From Takakia lepidozioides (lineage: Eukaryota > Plantae > Bryophyta), in assembly GCA_030704615.1 (NCBI GenBank), contig CM060731.1:15066001-15130000 (forward strand): DNA of 64,000 bases, given 5' to 3'. Position numbers and translations under genes: made by a program. Numbering within the stretch: the stretch's first letter is position 1; every line of letters begins with the position of its first letter. The notes under the pieces were generated by a model. That model did not search any database. It had not been told where the DNA came from and saw only the letters and a program-made list of their open reading frames with translations. Positions 11,201 to 23,400 of the stretch are shown piece after piece.

Positions 11201-13869
11201 ACCCTCATCCGCGGAAAGAAGTTTGACGAAATAATAAAAGGACGTGGTCATTCCCACCTGAAAGCAACAGATGAATGCAAGATGGATGAATGTAGAGTTT
11301 ATGAGAAATAGATGGATGAGTGCGAACAATGCAAGCAAATGGATGATGTTTTATGGATGAGAGTACAATTGCTGAATATACAATGGATGTTGAAGGAATA
11401 ATGGAAACCCTCATGAATGGAGGATGCCTGAATACACACTAGATGAATGCACAAATGATATGACATGAGTGTGAGGGGTTTGTGGGATGGATTCATGAAG
11501 ATTGACATTTGAATCTGAGTGGATTGTTTGTTTCATTTTTTTTTCTGCCGGAACAACTGCAATGAAGTAAGGGAATTCAATTTTTTCCGAAGAGGCTGAA
11601 AACAATTAGAAAAAAATTGAGGCCAAAGAAAGGTTGTTTCAACGTTCATATGTCCCCTATAGCCGCTCAAGGCGGGCAGCGAATTTTAGAATGCCATTTT
11701 GTCATCGTGGCAAAATGGTGGCAAAAAAATTCCACGATAACGGTTTAAATTCGTTGTCTTTCTCTTTTCTACTTTGTTCCATGGGCCCTTGTCGTCATCA
11801 AACTGTTTCTATCTGTGTCTTTTCCATGACATATTTAAGTTCTCCTCTCTAGCCATTTCTCAGGACGGTTTGACTGAGAGTGCAACCACGTGTGTCACCT
11901 CTGTATAACATAGAGGGTTACATCGGCAAAGAATCAACATTTTGCTTCTTGGTATGATGCCAAAGCCAACCCTTACACTGACATTAAATGAACCTGTAAC
12001 ATGATTATCGTCGGATCTGTGCAAATCCTAGAGGGAAAATGTTGTGTGATGCTGAGGCAAGATTTGCTAGAGATCAATTGACGTCACCCCCCCATAGTGA
12101 AGCTTTAGGTCTTCACAGATATATGACCATAGTCTAGAGTGCTAACGTCTCCAAAAAGTTTGCCACAAATCCCTATGGCCATTTCAGGCAAACAGCTGTG
12201 CAGATCCTCTTGCAAACAAGGGTGTAGTTCTAAAACTGAATGCCAGTCAATAACTTGAACCCCAGGCGTCAAGGCTGTAGCACCAGCAAGGCAAATTTTG
12301 CAACTCATTGTATCAACATGTTTCAAGCTTTGCTGACAGTATTTCCAAGTAGCCCATCATTTCACAGTAAAGTTGTAAGGGGCAGAAATTTCTTCTTTTC
12401 TTTCAAACTCCCTTTCAGACTACTTCCGACCACGTTCCACATCAAAAAGTCATCTCTTTCCAGCTATGATTAGTCAAACAACACTCGTTTTAGGATCCGC
12501 CCACTTTCGGGAATTGGACACTTTCAACTAAGATTTCCATTGGAAGAGTTACGTCTTCTAATCGGCAGAACACAAATCTCCTCCAGAAAGGCGCGAACCA
12601 GAAGGTACAGTGAACCACCCAAAGGCGCCTCACCCATTGAGAAGCCATGGGAAGCTAAAGAAAGTCTAGTTAGAAGAATTAAACAATCTTTTATTTTAGG
12701 CTAGACTCTTTGTCTCTTTTAAGAACCAAATGTTATGTAAGATGGTTGATTAAAATGCCTCAAATGAGCTTATGACATATTATAGATTACTTGTGCAGCA
12801 TACTAGATATTTTTCCAATTCCCTCGTGCTACTGGGGGAACCACCTGGTCACATCGGGCATATGCTCTGGCACAAATTCTGCAAGTAGACCGGCGCGAAA
12901 TGCCTCATGTGCAATGTGATTGCGAGCTTGGGCATCAAGTCGTGGCTGCAATGTGCGTAGTGAACGACGCATCAATACTTATGTCATAATTTTGATTCAT
13001 GTATGCTTACCAATCATACTATATTATTAGATAAATCTAAATGTACCTTAAATGAATGTTAATGAGAGGGGTGGGAAAAACACTCACCTTTGCCGCATCC
13101 GCAATCTTGTTCTTCTTGTAATGTTTTTCGACAACATGCGGTCACCGCCTCGGTGATTTGGTGCCGCCCGGCGGTATCCGTTCTCAATACTTAGTGCACC
13201 AACACTCAATCCTGTCAGGGGGTCAAAGGTGGATGTGGTTGGACGGGGTGGCCCGCGAGGGGGCAACCCGCGGCACGCCCGACTCGATCCCGGAGTGTCA
13301 ACATCCTCCGCATTACCTGAAATTTGGCCCCGGTCCCTTTTACGATTGTGCCCGGCAGCCTGTATTGGATCAAGTGCGATGGGTGGTTCCTCGCCACAAA
13401 AAACGGTCGCTCTAGGGCCACAATCGATATGTGGTACTACCTCCCCATCCTCGAGGGAGACGGGTCGATGTTTCCTCACCATCGTATCTTAATTAACACA
13501 CACCACCAACACTTTCATTTCTCAAAAACCGTTGGCAAAAAAACCCTATGCCTCAGCCTCGGGGCTTTCAAAATTGGTAACCAAAGGCGGAGCATCCCTA
13601 TGGTGCTAGAGCCCAAGACAATAAATCCTTCATCTCGTTCTATCTTCAGGATGCCCATACCATGGAAATTTTTTGTTGAGACCCAGCGCTTTGCGATTAT
13701 CAGATTGAACCACATTTTGGATATGCGAATCCTAATTACACTGTTTATCCTTTTACCCCAGACCACAACAAAAACTGCCAAATCAAAACCAACACCATAA
13801 AGAAAAGTAAACACCCTAACCCAGTACCATATGAAAATTAAAAAATTTAAAAATTAAAAACCCAAAAGG

Positions 13870-13893
13870 CCCTAAACCCTAAACCCTAAACCC
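13870..13893. repeat. Short plant telomere-type repeat (CCCTAAA)x3
   Basis: cctaaaccctaaaccctaaaccc just inside the CACTA subterminal region. Confidence 0.8.
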
Positions 13894-14554
13894 AGAAAGG
13901 CCGGCCGTCGCCCCCTGCGACACCCTCGTGTTGCATTTGACGACGAGTTTTTTTTTTTTTCAATTTTTACCTGGGGGTCGCACCCCGTGACGGAAAGCCG
14001 TCACGGGGGGGCGACGTGTTTTTATTTATTTATGGGGCCGGGGGTCGCAGCAAACGACGGCCCGCCGTCGCAAATATCATTTTTACACTTAAAAAAAAGG
14101 GCGGGGCGCAGGCGTACGACGGCCAGGCGTCACACGTAGGCCCCGTTTTTTTTTTTTTCCCTTAGTGCTGAAGCATCTCTTTTCCCTCCCGTTTTCGTTT
14201 GTTCTTTGGGAGAGAGGTAGTCAAGAGTGGGGTTTAAGGTGGAGGAGAACGCACCTACCTGCTACTGAGCCCGAGGTGGTCGCAAGGCCCCAAGGAGTTT
14301 GCCCCAATGCCGCTCTAACTCCCAAGGTAAGCACCTCCTCCTCCCTCACTTTCTCTCCTTGCTTTCTTGCCCCAAGCACGGCTGATGTCTCTCTCCCCTA
14401 TGTGGTAGGACGCCGCGCAAGGCGCGACCTAAACGAGTTGAAGAGAGATAGAGAGAGCCTGGTGGCGGGGGAAGAACCCGCGCCGCTCGCAGCTGTGACA
14501 CACGCAACAGCTCGCCACGCTAGCTCGCTTCAGCAGCAACAGCAGCAGCAGAGG

Positions 14555-15279
14555 TGTCCGCGCACCTCACTTCGGTAAGCTCCCCTCAAGTCATAGTTAC
14601 TCGCTTTGATGCGCGCGCCTGACTCCCAACCTGGCCGTCCGGGCCAACTTGGAGCTTCGGCTGCTCACCGGGGCATAACGGTCCCCCTTTGTTTCTCCCA
14701 AAGAACCCTCCACCTATTTGAACCAGCGGGAATTCCCTTTGGTAGTTGGCAGTCCGGAAAGCTCCCCACTCTTTGGTCGCTTTCCGGCTCGCTCGCTTAC
14801 TCACTAGTTTTTGGTCACCAACGGGCTTGCACCGTTCTCGGGGTTACTACTCCCTATATATACTTCTGTAGCTGTCCGCGGGGGTTTCACAACCAGCCAT
14901 GCCATTTTATGGCGAACCACCACGAAAACCCTCGACTCCCGGTGATGAGTCGCGGTGAGTCTTGGCCCACTCACCACGGCCCCTATGGACCGTGATGAGT
15001 CCCAAGACTCCCCACGACTCCCACCACGAGGTCTCCGCCCCCATGGTGAGTCCTATGCCACCCCCACTAAGTCCCGCTAAGCTACCACCACCCCTTGTGG
15101 AGCCACCCCCACCGCAACCCGGTGTGCGGGGCTCCACCTAGTGAGCGCCTCCGCCTCCTTGAGTGCCTTGGGCACTCAAGGGTGCTTCAGCCCCCATACC
15201 TATCGCTGCCGCTGCCCCCCCCCAGGGGCAGCCCCTCATGTGTCCCGACCCCCTGCCCTCAAGGCAAAGGGCCGCGACA
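14555..15279 (-). repeat. 3' LTR of the chromovirus
   Basis: Direct repeat of 20773-21499 with only a few substitutions and 1-2 bp indels. Confidence 0.95.
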
Positions 15280-16181
15280 CACACCCCTACCAACAGGGAG
15301 TCGATGTCCTCATCGACTTGTCCATTTTGTAGAAACGAACATCCAAGTTGTGGCGTCCCACATCAAGGAGTTTGTTTCCGTACCATGGCGTCTCATGGCA
15401 AAGAACCAAACCCCACACTTGACTCTACTCTCCACTAGCTAGTTCGGCCGTCTTCCTCCAAGTCCGGCCAAGGGTGGAGCCTCTCTAGCTCCTCCCAGTG
15501 CACTCTTCTTGGCCTACTTCAAGGCCAAGGAACGATCCTCCCCGAGGATCGAATCGCCTTATTGCAACAACATTGCTTGCGATCGCTCATGATGCCGCTT
15601 TTGGCATCACCTTGAGCAAGGGTTCACCTGGAACCCTCTTTGACTAGGAAGATAACCTTGAACCAACCGTGCGCCCCAATCACTGCAATTGGGTCCGCCT
15701 TGGAATGCTGGCCTGAGGTACGGGAACACGCCGAAGCCGCACTACGACTTCGTCCCGAGGCTACACGATTATAGTACGTGAACGGAAGCACGTAGCTTCC
15801 GCGTTAGCCCGCACTACAAGGCAACCCCCTCGGTAGCGCAGTTATAGTATGCGCACGCGCCAGGTGCGTACTAGCACGTGAACTCCCAAGAAGGCGCAAG
15901 TTTCCTTGCCCCTTGGATGGGGTCACCCGATTTCGGCACTACGCAAACACACGATTAACCCAATTTACCTCTCCCACTTTTATAAGCTAGCATGCATTCT
16001 ACACACTAGCCAACCATACCATGCATCACCATTCCAAACAAAATAGGACGCACAACATTTGGAATCCATTTCATTTATAGCACGTTTTGTACAATACAAG
16101 TTTTTGCAACTGGATTCCTAAGCTAGCTAAACCGGGCTAAGCATGCATTTCCTCCCCCACGCTCCAAGGTTGATGTCCCCA

Positions 16182-19100
16182 TCAACGCTTCTTCTTCCGC
16201 TTTTGAGGTCGCCCTTCGAAAGCTGCAACCGCCTCGGATGCGTTTCCCATTTCTGAGGCACGCACCCAAGATGCCTCCACATGATGATAGCCCTTCCATT
16301 TGACGAGATACTCCGTTTCTCGGTTCTTGAACCTCCTCGACTTAAGTATTGCCTCCACCTCGTACTCAGGTTCATTTTCATGATCCAACAGCATAGGTGG
16401 CGGACGCAACACTTGATGCCGATTCGGACGTGCTTCATCTTTTCAAAAGGGAGACATGGAATACTGGGTGCACTTTGCTGTTTGCCGGCAGCTCCAATTC
16501 ATACACATCCTCATTCATAACCTTCCGAATGCGAAAGGGTCCCGCATACGGAGGCACGAACTTCGGACTCACTTCCGGAGGTAGTCGGAAATTCTTGATG
16601 TTCAACCAGACCTCCGTGCCTGCCTCAAACTTCACTTCCCTCCGCTTCCGATTCGCCTGCCTTTCATACCGTTTCCTAGCTTTGGCAATGTTGTACTTTG
16701 CGAGCTTCAACAAACGCTCGCGTTCTTCCAGTACCGCCGCTACTGCCGGTTCCTCAACGTCCTAGGCGGCCCAACTTGTCGGCACCAGATGTGCTTTTCC
16801 ATAGACCAATACGAAAGGGGAAACTCCCGTTGCGGAGTGTTCTGTGTTATTATAACAGAACTCTGCCGCGTCTAAGTGTTCCACCCAGTCTGTTTGGTCT
16901 GCCGACACGTAATTCCGCAAGATCTGCTTCACTACGGAATTCACTCTTTATGTTTGGCCGTCGGTCATAGGTCGGAAGGCGGTGCTCATCTTCAGCCTCG
17001 TCCCCATCCTCTTCCAAAGTGCCCTCCAAAATTTACTCGTAAACTTTGGATCGCGGTCCGAGACAATATCCTTCGGGACTCTATGATGCTTTAAGACGTG
17101 GGCGAAATAAAGTCGCCCTGTCTCCTGCGCCGTTGCCGTCTCCTTGGTGGGGATGAAATGGCCCATTTTACTGAACCTATCCACCACCACCATGATTGCA
17201 TCGAATCCTTTTGACAGCGGCATAACAGTCATGAAATCCATCGAGACGCTTTCCCAAGTCCCCTCTGGAATCGGCAAGGGTTGTAACAGCCCCGCTTGCT
17301 TTTTGTACTCGCTCCGGTTTTGTTGGCATGTGGTGCATGTCTTGACATACTCCTCTGCCTCCTCCCTCATTTTGGGCCAGAAATACTCTTTCTTCAAGAG
17401 TGCCGCAGTGCGCTTGGCTCCGCCGTGGCCCGCAAGCGGGCTATCATGGCATTCTCTCAAGAGGCTATCTCTGATCCCTCCCTTTGGCACGTAGAGACGT
17501 TTTTGCTTATACCGGAGCAGTCCATTTTGCAAGTGGAACTGCGATTTAACCCCCATCCTCAAGTCCTGCATCACGGACTTCGCCAGCTCATCCTTCCAGC
17601 AAGCCTTCCGGATCTTCTTTTGGAGCGCCGTCTCGCCCCTGTACACCAACAGGAGCTGCTGCTTTCTACTTAAAGCATCGGCCACCACATTGTCCCGTCC
17701 CGGTTTGTACTGGATATCCACGTCGAACACCGCCAAAGTATCTTGCCACCTAAGTTGTTTTGGGGACAACTTGGGCTGCGTGGCAAAATACTTCACTGTG
17801 ACATTGTCCGTGAACACCTTCACTGGGTTGGAACCAACATAGTGGCGCCAAAGCTCAAGGCAATGCACCACCGCCTTCATCTCTTTTTCGTGCGTCGGCC
17901 ACCGTCGCTCCACTTCATTCAGTTTCTTACTTTCGTAAGCCACTGGACGTCCATCTTGCATAAGTACACCCCCAATCGCGAAGTCCGACGCATCTATATG
18001 AATCTCAAATGAACGATCGAACTCCGGGATTTTCAAGACTGGAGCTTCCGCCATCCGCTGCTTCAATTCAGCAAAAGCTTGGCCACAAAATGTGTTCCAT
18101 ACCCAGACTTTGGATTTACACAGAAGGTCCGACAGCGGCCCCGCGATCTTGGCGAAATTTCTCACATACTTCCGGTAATAGGAGGCGAGTCCTAGGAAGG
18201 ATCGCACTCCCGGGACCGAAGTCGGAGGCTCCCAGTCCAAGATCGCCATCACCTTTCTGTCATCCATTTTGATCCCATCCTGTGTAATCACATGCCCCAA
18301 GAACTCCACTTTCGTGACCCCGAATTCGCGCTTTGAAGCTTTGGCATACAGCTTCCCTTCTCGCAATTTTTGGAACACCCTTTTGAGGTGCTCCAGGTGC
18401 TCCTTCTTTGTTTTCGAGTACACCAGGATGTCGTCGATGTACACGATCACAAAGTCATCCAATCACTCCTGAAAAAGGCTGTTCATCAGCGTGCTAAATG
18501 TCGCTGGTGCATTGGTGAGCCCAAAAGGCATCACCAAGAACTCATATGAACCATACCTTGTCCTGCACGCGGTCTTCTCATCATCTCCTTCCGCCACCCG
18601 AATTTGATGATAGCCGGAGCGCAAGTCGATTCGGCTGTGCCAACCGATCGAAGAGGTCGTCGATCCTTGGCAAAGGGTACCGGTTTTTGATAGTTACCTT
18701 ATTCAGAGCCCTGTAATCGACACACATCCGCAGCGTCCCATCCTTCTTGTCTGCGAATAGCACCGGGGCTCCGTAAGGTGACTTACTCGGCCGGATGTAC
18801 CCCTTTGACACTAGATCCTTGAGCTGAGTCTTCAGCTCGACCAACTCCCTGTGGCTCAACCGGTAGGGTGCCTTGGCAGGCGGTTCCGTTCCCGGTATCA
18901 CCTCAATCTTGTGGTCAACTCCTCTTCGCGGTGGCAAGCCGCTTGGTAAATCCTCCGGCATCACATCCTGGTATTTCTCCAAAATCCCCTTGATCCAATC
19001 TGGGCTCGGCTCCCCATCGCCTTCTCCCTTCACTTCTCTAATGTAAAGCAAAAACTGGGGTTCGTGTGCCTCCTCCACGGCCCTCCCTTGCTGACAGAAG

Positions 19101-20716
19101 GTTTATTCGCCCTCCCACGGATTTGGGCGTTTCCGACACTCGTAAGACCTCGCCACCATTCCCACATGGCAGCGTGACTACTCTCTTGCGGCCATCTATG
19201 ACCGCTCCGGATTTGCTCAAAAAGGTCATCCCCAAATGAGATCTACTCCATCGATCTGCAGATGGTGAAGTTCTCACGTCCCTCCCAATTCCCCGGTTGA
19301 AGAGGAACATCAAACGCCAACCTTGTCGCCAACTGTGGTTTTCCTTTGGCAGAACGCACCTCAATAGAGGCCCCCACGTCACTTGTCGGGAGTCCCAGCT
19401 TTTGTGCCATTGCCGGTGTCATGAAGGAGTGCGACGCTCCTGTGTCCACCAACAACGACACATTAGTTCCGGATATTATCCCATCCACGAACAATAACTG
19501 ACTCCCTTTTCGTAAGGCGCCAATTTCCTGATACAACTCACAAGAAAATTTGCCTACCTTGCAAGTCCTGGCGACCACCGCTTCCACCAAGCGACTGATG
19601 GTATCTTCCGACAGCTCCGTGGTCGCCCGAGTCATGTTCAATTGCCGGGGCTTCGTGCACTTCTTGGCCATGTGCCCGGGCTCCCCACAATTGAAACACA
19701 CTCCATCAAAGGTCGCCTTCTGTCCGCCATAAGCCGCTCCACCCGCTTTTCCTTTCGAAGCACCGGGTGCCGCCTTGACGTGTGAAGGCCCTCCCTTCAA
19801 TTTCCACGTGCCATTGTCGCCGCGTGGCCTATCCCACTTCTTTTCGGTCGGAAGGAGTCACCTTCCCGCCGGGTCTTCTTGTGGTTCAGCTCCGTACGGC
19901 CTTGTCTCTCACCCCTAGGAACATCCGAGAAACATTCAGCCCTCTCGATTGCCTCGTTTAAAGTCTTGGGTGACTTCTCCTCCAACTTCCGCCTAGCCCA
20001 TGGGGCCAGTCCCGCCACAAAGTTGAAGACCATTTCTGGTTCTGCCATGTCCGCGACTTCGAGCAACAGCACATTGAAAGCCTGGACATACCCCCGAATG
20101 TCATCTGTTTGCTTCAAATTCCTCATCTTGTCCCGGGCAAGCCAGGACGCGTTGAGGGGCACAAACTGTCTCTTCATCAATTCCTTGAACCCACTCCAGT
20201 TCAAGGTTTCCGGGCTTGGACCTCGGTCGTGAAGGCGTTTCTTCCACCATTGTTGAGCATAGCCCCTCAAATAGGTGAGAGCCACTTCCACCCGATCCTC
20301 GTCACTCAACTTGGCCGCCCGGAAGTACTGCTCTAGCTCCAGGAGCCAGGTGTTGAGTGCCTTCCGATTTCGGACGCCCTCGAAGGTGCCGGGTTCCTTA
20401 GGCTTCACCTTAAACTTTGCCTTAGTGGAAGTGGCATTAGCCGCCTTCAACACGTCTTTCAACGTCCCGCCAAACTGCGCCAACAACCCTTCCCAAAAGG
20501 CTGCCGGCATGGGAGGCATCTCTTGGTTTGTCAGAGCTCTCAAGGATTCCTCGGGCTCCGACTCCTCGGATTCCTCCCGCTCTTGAGCGGCCTCGTTCTC
20601 GGAAACATGCATCGCTTCCTCAAACGGCCGCCTCGGTGACACGTCGCCCCCATCGGGCTCACCGGGATCATCATCTTTTGGGCCGTTCCGCTTTCGCTTC
20701 GGCTTGCCCGACCCCA
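16182..20716 (-). pseudogene. Gag-Pol polyprotein with C-terminal chromodomain (several frameshifts and stops)
   Basis: Retrotrans_gag (19797-20716); CCHC knuckle CFNCGEPGHMAKKC; protease LVDTGAS; RT YIDD; RNase H DASD; integrase HHCC and DDE; GPF motif; chromodomain YEVEAIL...YLVKWKGY...SW. Confidence 0.93.
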
Positions 20717-20758
20717 TGATGAGGCCAATCCCAAGGACGATCGCGTACTGAACTCTAA

Positions 20759-20770
20759 GCTCTGATACCA
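20759..20770 (-). promoter_or_regulatory. Primer-binding site, tRNA-iMet
   Basis: TGGTATCAGAGC on the minus strand, 2 nt from the 5' LTR. Confidence 0.92.
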
Positions 20771-20772
20771 AA

Positions 20773-21499
20773 TGTCGCGCACCTCACTTCGGTAAGCTCC
20801 CCCCTCAAGTCATAGTTACTCGCTTTGATGCGCGCGCCTGACTCCCAACCTGGCCGCCGGCCAACTTGGAGCTTCGGCTGCTCACCGGGGCATAACGGTC
20901 CCCCTTTGTTCTCCCAAAGAACCCTCCACCTATTTGGAACCAGTGGGAATTCCCTTTGGTAGTTGGCAGTCCGGAATAGCTCCCCACTCTTTGGTCGCTT
21001 TCCGGCTCGCTCGATTACTCACTAGTTTTTGGTCACCAACGGGCTTGCACCGTTCTCGGGGTTACTACTCCCTATATATACTTCTGTAGCTGTCCGCGGG
21101 GGTTTCACAACCAGCCATGCCATTTTATGGCGAACCACCACGAAAACCCTCGACTCCCGGTGATGAGTCGCGGTGAGTCTTGGCCCACTCACCACGGCCC
21201 CTATGGACCGTGATGAGTCCCAAGACTCCCCACGACTCCCACCACGAGGTCTCCGCCCCCATGGTGAGTCCTATGCCACCCCCACTAAGTCCCGCTAAGC
21301 TACCACCACCCCTTGTGGAGCCACCCCCACCGCAACCCGGTGTGCGGGGCTCCACCTAGTGAGCGCCTCCGCCTCCTTGAGTGCCTTGGGCACTCAAGGG
21401 TGCTTCAGCCCCCCATACCTATCGCTGCCGCTGCCCCCACCACAGGGGCAGCCCCTCATGTGTCCCGACCCCCTACCCTCAAGGCAAAGGGCCGCGACA
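20773..21499 (-). repeat. 5' LTR of the chromovirus
   Basis: Adjacent to the PBS; TGTCGCG...CGCGACA terminal inverted ends. Confidence 0.95.
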
Positions 21500-21504
21500 A
21501 GAGG

Positions 21505-21960
21505 TACGTCAGGGAAATTGCACTCTTTCCTCTCTGCTTCTGTTTACTGTTCAAATGTAGTCTTCCTGCCCTGACTTTAAATTTAGGTATGGTGCCAAGA
21601 GTGGATAGACCCTTGAGCGCATCCATGATGTCATCCCCCATGTCACAGACTGGAAACAGGTTCAGGGAAGTTTTCTTCCTAACTTCATTTTCATCGGACA
21701 ATTTTCTGGTAATAGACATGGCTTTGGACACTACACTCTCTAAGTCAGGTTTATCCAGCAAGGTCAAGACTTGCGGGTCCAGATTCAGATCTTTGAGAAT
21801 CTCTTCTACTCTCTTTTCCCAGGGCTTACCCTGTTTGACAGGGCGGTTCTGTTTCCAAGATATAGAGTCGATTAACTTAGGATATCTGGTGTTGGACATA
21901 TGTTACAGCTGAACCCACCATCTGACCTTGAATTTATCTCGTCGGGAGCTTAAAAGAGAG
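21505..21960 (-). mobile_element. LINE 3' fragment, same family as the element at 60.2-63 kb
   Basis: [17 protein letters not shown]... is nearly identical to [17 protein letters not shown]... at 60284-60517; shared nucleotide blocks. Confidence 0.8.
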
Positions 21961-21989
21961 CAGCACAGAAGAGAGGGAAGATACTTTTT

Positions 21990-23400
21990 GTCATGTCAAG
22001 ACAAAGACAGGACCCCTAGGGTCGTTGTCATGAACATGTGAGAGTGCTGGTTGTAGAGGATCTGCCTTCGTACCAGGTCGCTGACCCCTGCTTGCGTGAC
22101 ATTTGTGGATGAGTGCTCGATGCAACAAATCCTTCATGTCTGCCATACGTAGGCCATCATCTTCCCAAGTTAAAGCAAGACAACTAGAAGTGTCATGCAT
22201 CAATGATCTCCAAGCTGAAAGCCCAAGAGCCTAGTGTGGAAGGACAACTAACTATACAACAAACATGGCTATGTCGAAAGCGTTGGCACCAGTGAGAGTA
22301 CTTGCTTACAGGCCAAACATGGACAGCTACAAGAAAGTTATGGAGCAAATGGAGTCAAGGATAAGAAGGGCAAACTTCCCTCATGGCCACCATAGAGACT
22401 TAACTGCCTGCCACACTAGTACTCAACATAACTCAAGTATCAGTAGAACTTCCCTGCACATAACTGCATCAAAATGATCAAGCTCAGTCTGTGCAAGATG
22501 AACACCAGTCTTATGAACAATAGGATCAGCACCAGCAACAGAAAGATCGATAAGATATTCTTCAATTCTGCTATAAGGAACGGCAACATGTGGCTCTGTA
22601 CGAGTTAAAGCATCAACACTAGTATTTTGAGGAGTCTTCAAGACCTTAAGCGGAAGATGATCTGTTTCAACAACAAATGAGCTACCAGTGAAGATATTGG
22701 TAAAGATGTTTTAACTCCAAATACAACAGCCAATCCTTCTTTATCCGTAATAGAGTAATTCTTCTCATGCTTGTCAAGCCTGAGAAGCATCTCAGAAGCA
22801 TATCCTATCACCTGTTCCTTTCCATCTCACACTTGACACAGGATGGCAGATACTGCAACATCACTAGTATCCATTTGAATTAGTCTGCAAGGAAGAGAGA
22901 AGTCAGGATATACTAACACAAGGGCTATGGTCAGAGCCACCTTCAGCCTTACGAAAGCCCACATCTGCTGAGGCCCCCAACTGAATCTGATGTCCTTGGA
23001 TAATAACTTGGTTAAGGCATTAGCAATCTTAACAAAGTTTTTGATGAACCTCCTGTCGTGTGATGCCAAGCCTAAAAAAGACTTAACACATCTCTTGTCA
23101 GGGGGCACATGAAAGTTCCACACAGATTCCAAATTAGTAGTGTCTGGTTTTAAGACCTGCAGCAGTCAGACGGTGTCCAAGAAACTTGAGTTCTGAAAAA
23201 CAGAACTCATTTTTTTTTGTTTTGACCTTAACCCCAGCTGCTCTTAATCTGCAGAACACCCTCTCAAGGTCAACAAGGTGCTTTTCAAAAGAAGCAGAAT
23301 ATAACTTATGTTTATGTCATCGATGTACACCAATGCGCATTCCAATCTCAAATTGCCCCGCCCATAACAGCTGTCGTCCTCCCTTCATACAACTTGCTGG
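21990..23400 (-). pseudogene. Degenerate Ty3/Gypsy pol relic (RT-RNase H-integrase)
   Basis: VKSFLGLASHDRRFIKNF...F.W..QQ..AF..LK..LT...VLVYPDFS...MDTSD; many stops. Confidence 0.8.

Larger units (their letters stand above)
5806..14167 (-). mobile_element. CACTA (En/Spm) DNA transposon, internally deleted and non-autonomous
   Basis: Left end CACTACAGGAAAA at 5806; right end reads CACTAAGGGAAAA on the minus strand, ending at 14167. Dense GCGAC/GTCGC subterminal repeats at 5830-6480 and 13905-14135. Internal TnpD-like and TnpA-like ORFs. The 3-bp flanks differ (TGC vs CTG). Confidence 0.8.
14555..21499 (-). mobile_element. Full-length Ty3/Gypsy chromovirus LTR retrotransposon (Tcn1/Galadriel-like)
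   Basis: Near-identical ~725-bp LTRs (TG...CA) at 14555-15279 and 20773-21499; 5-bp TSD AGAGG (14550-14554 and 21500-21504); tRNA-iMet PBS; gag-PR-RT-RH-INT-chromodomain order. Confidence 0.97.

Noticed and set aside
11270-11500. GGATG/GAATG-rich tract with short ORFs
   Set aside because: Low-complexity intron sequence with no coherent repeat unit or protein motif.
14920-15005. Possible hammerhead ribozyme in the LTR (TGATGAG, GAAA, hairpins)
   Set aside because: The core reads GTGATGAG rather than CTGATGA, and the three stems could not be assembled around GAAA.
17144-20586. Plus-strand ORFs inside the Gypsy element, and similar antisense ORFs over the GTPase, BOP1 and MGD genes
   Set aside because: Shadow frames of real coding sequence on the opposite strand.
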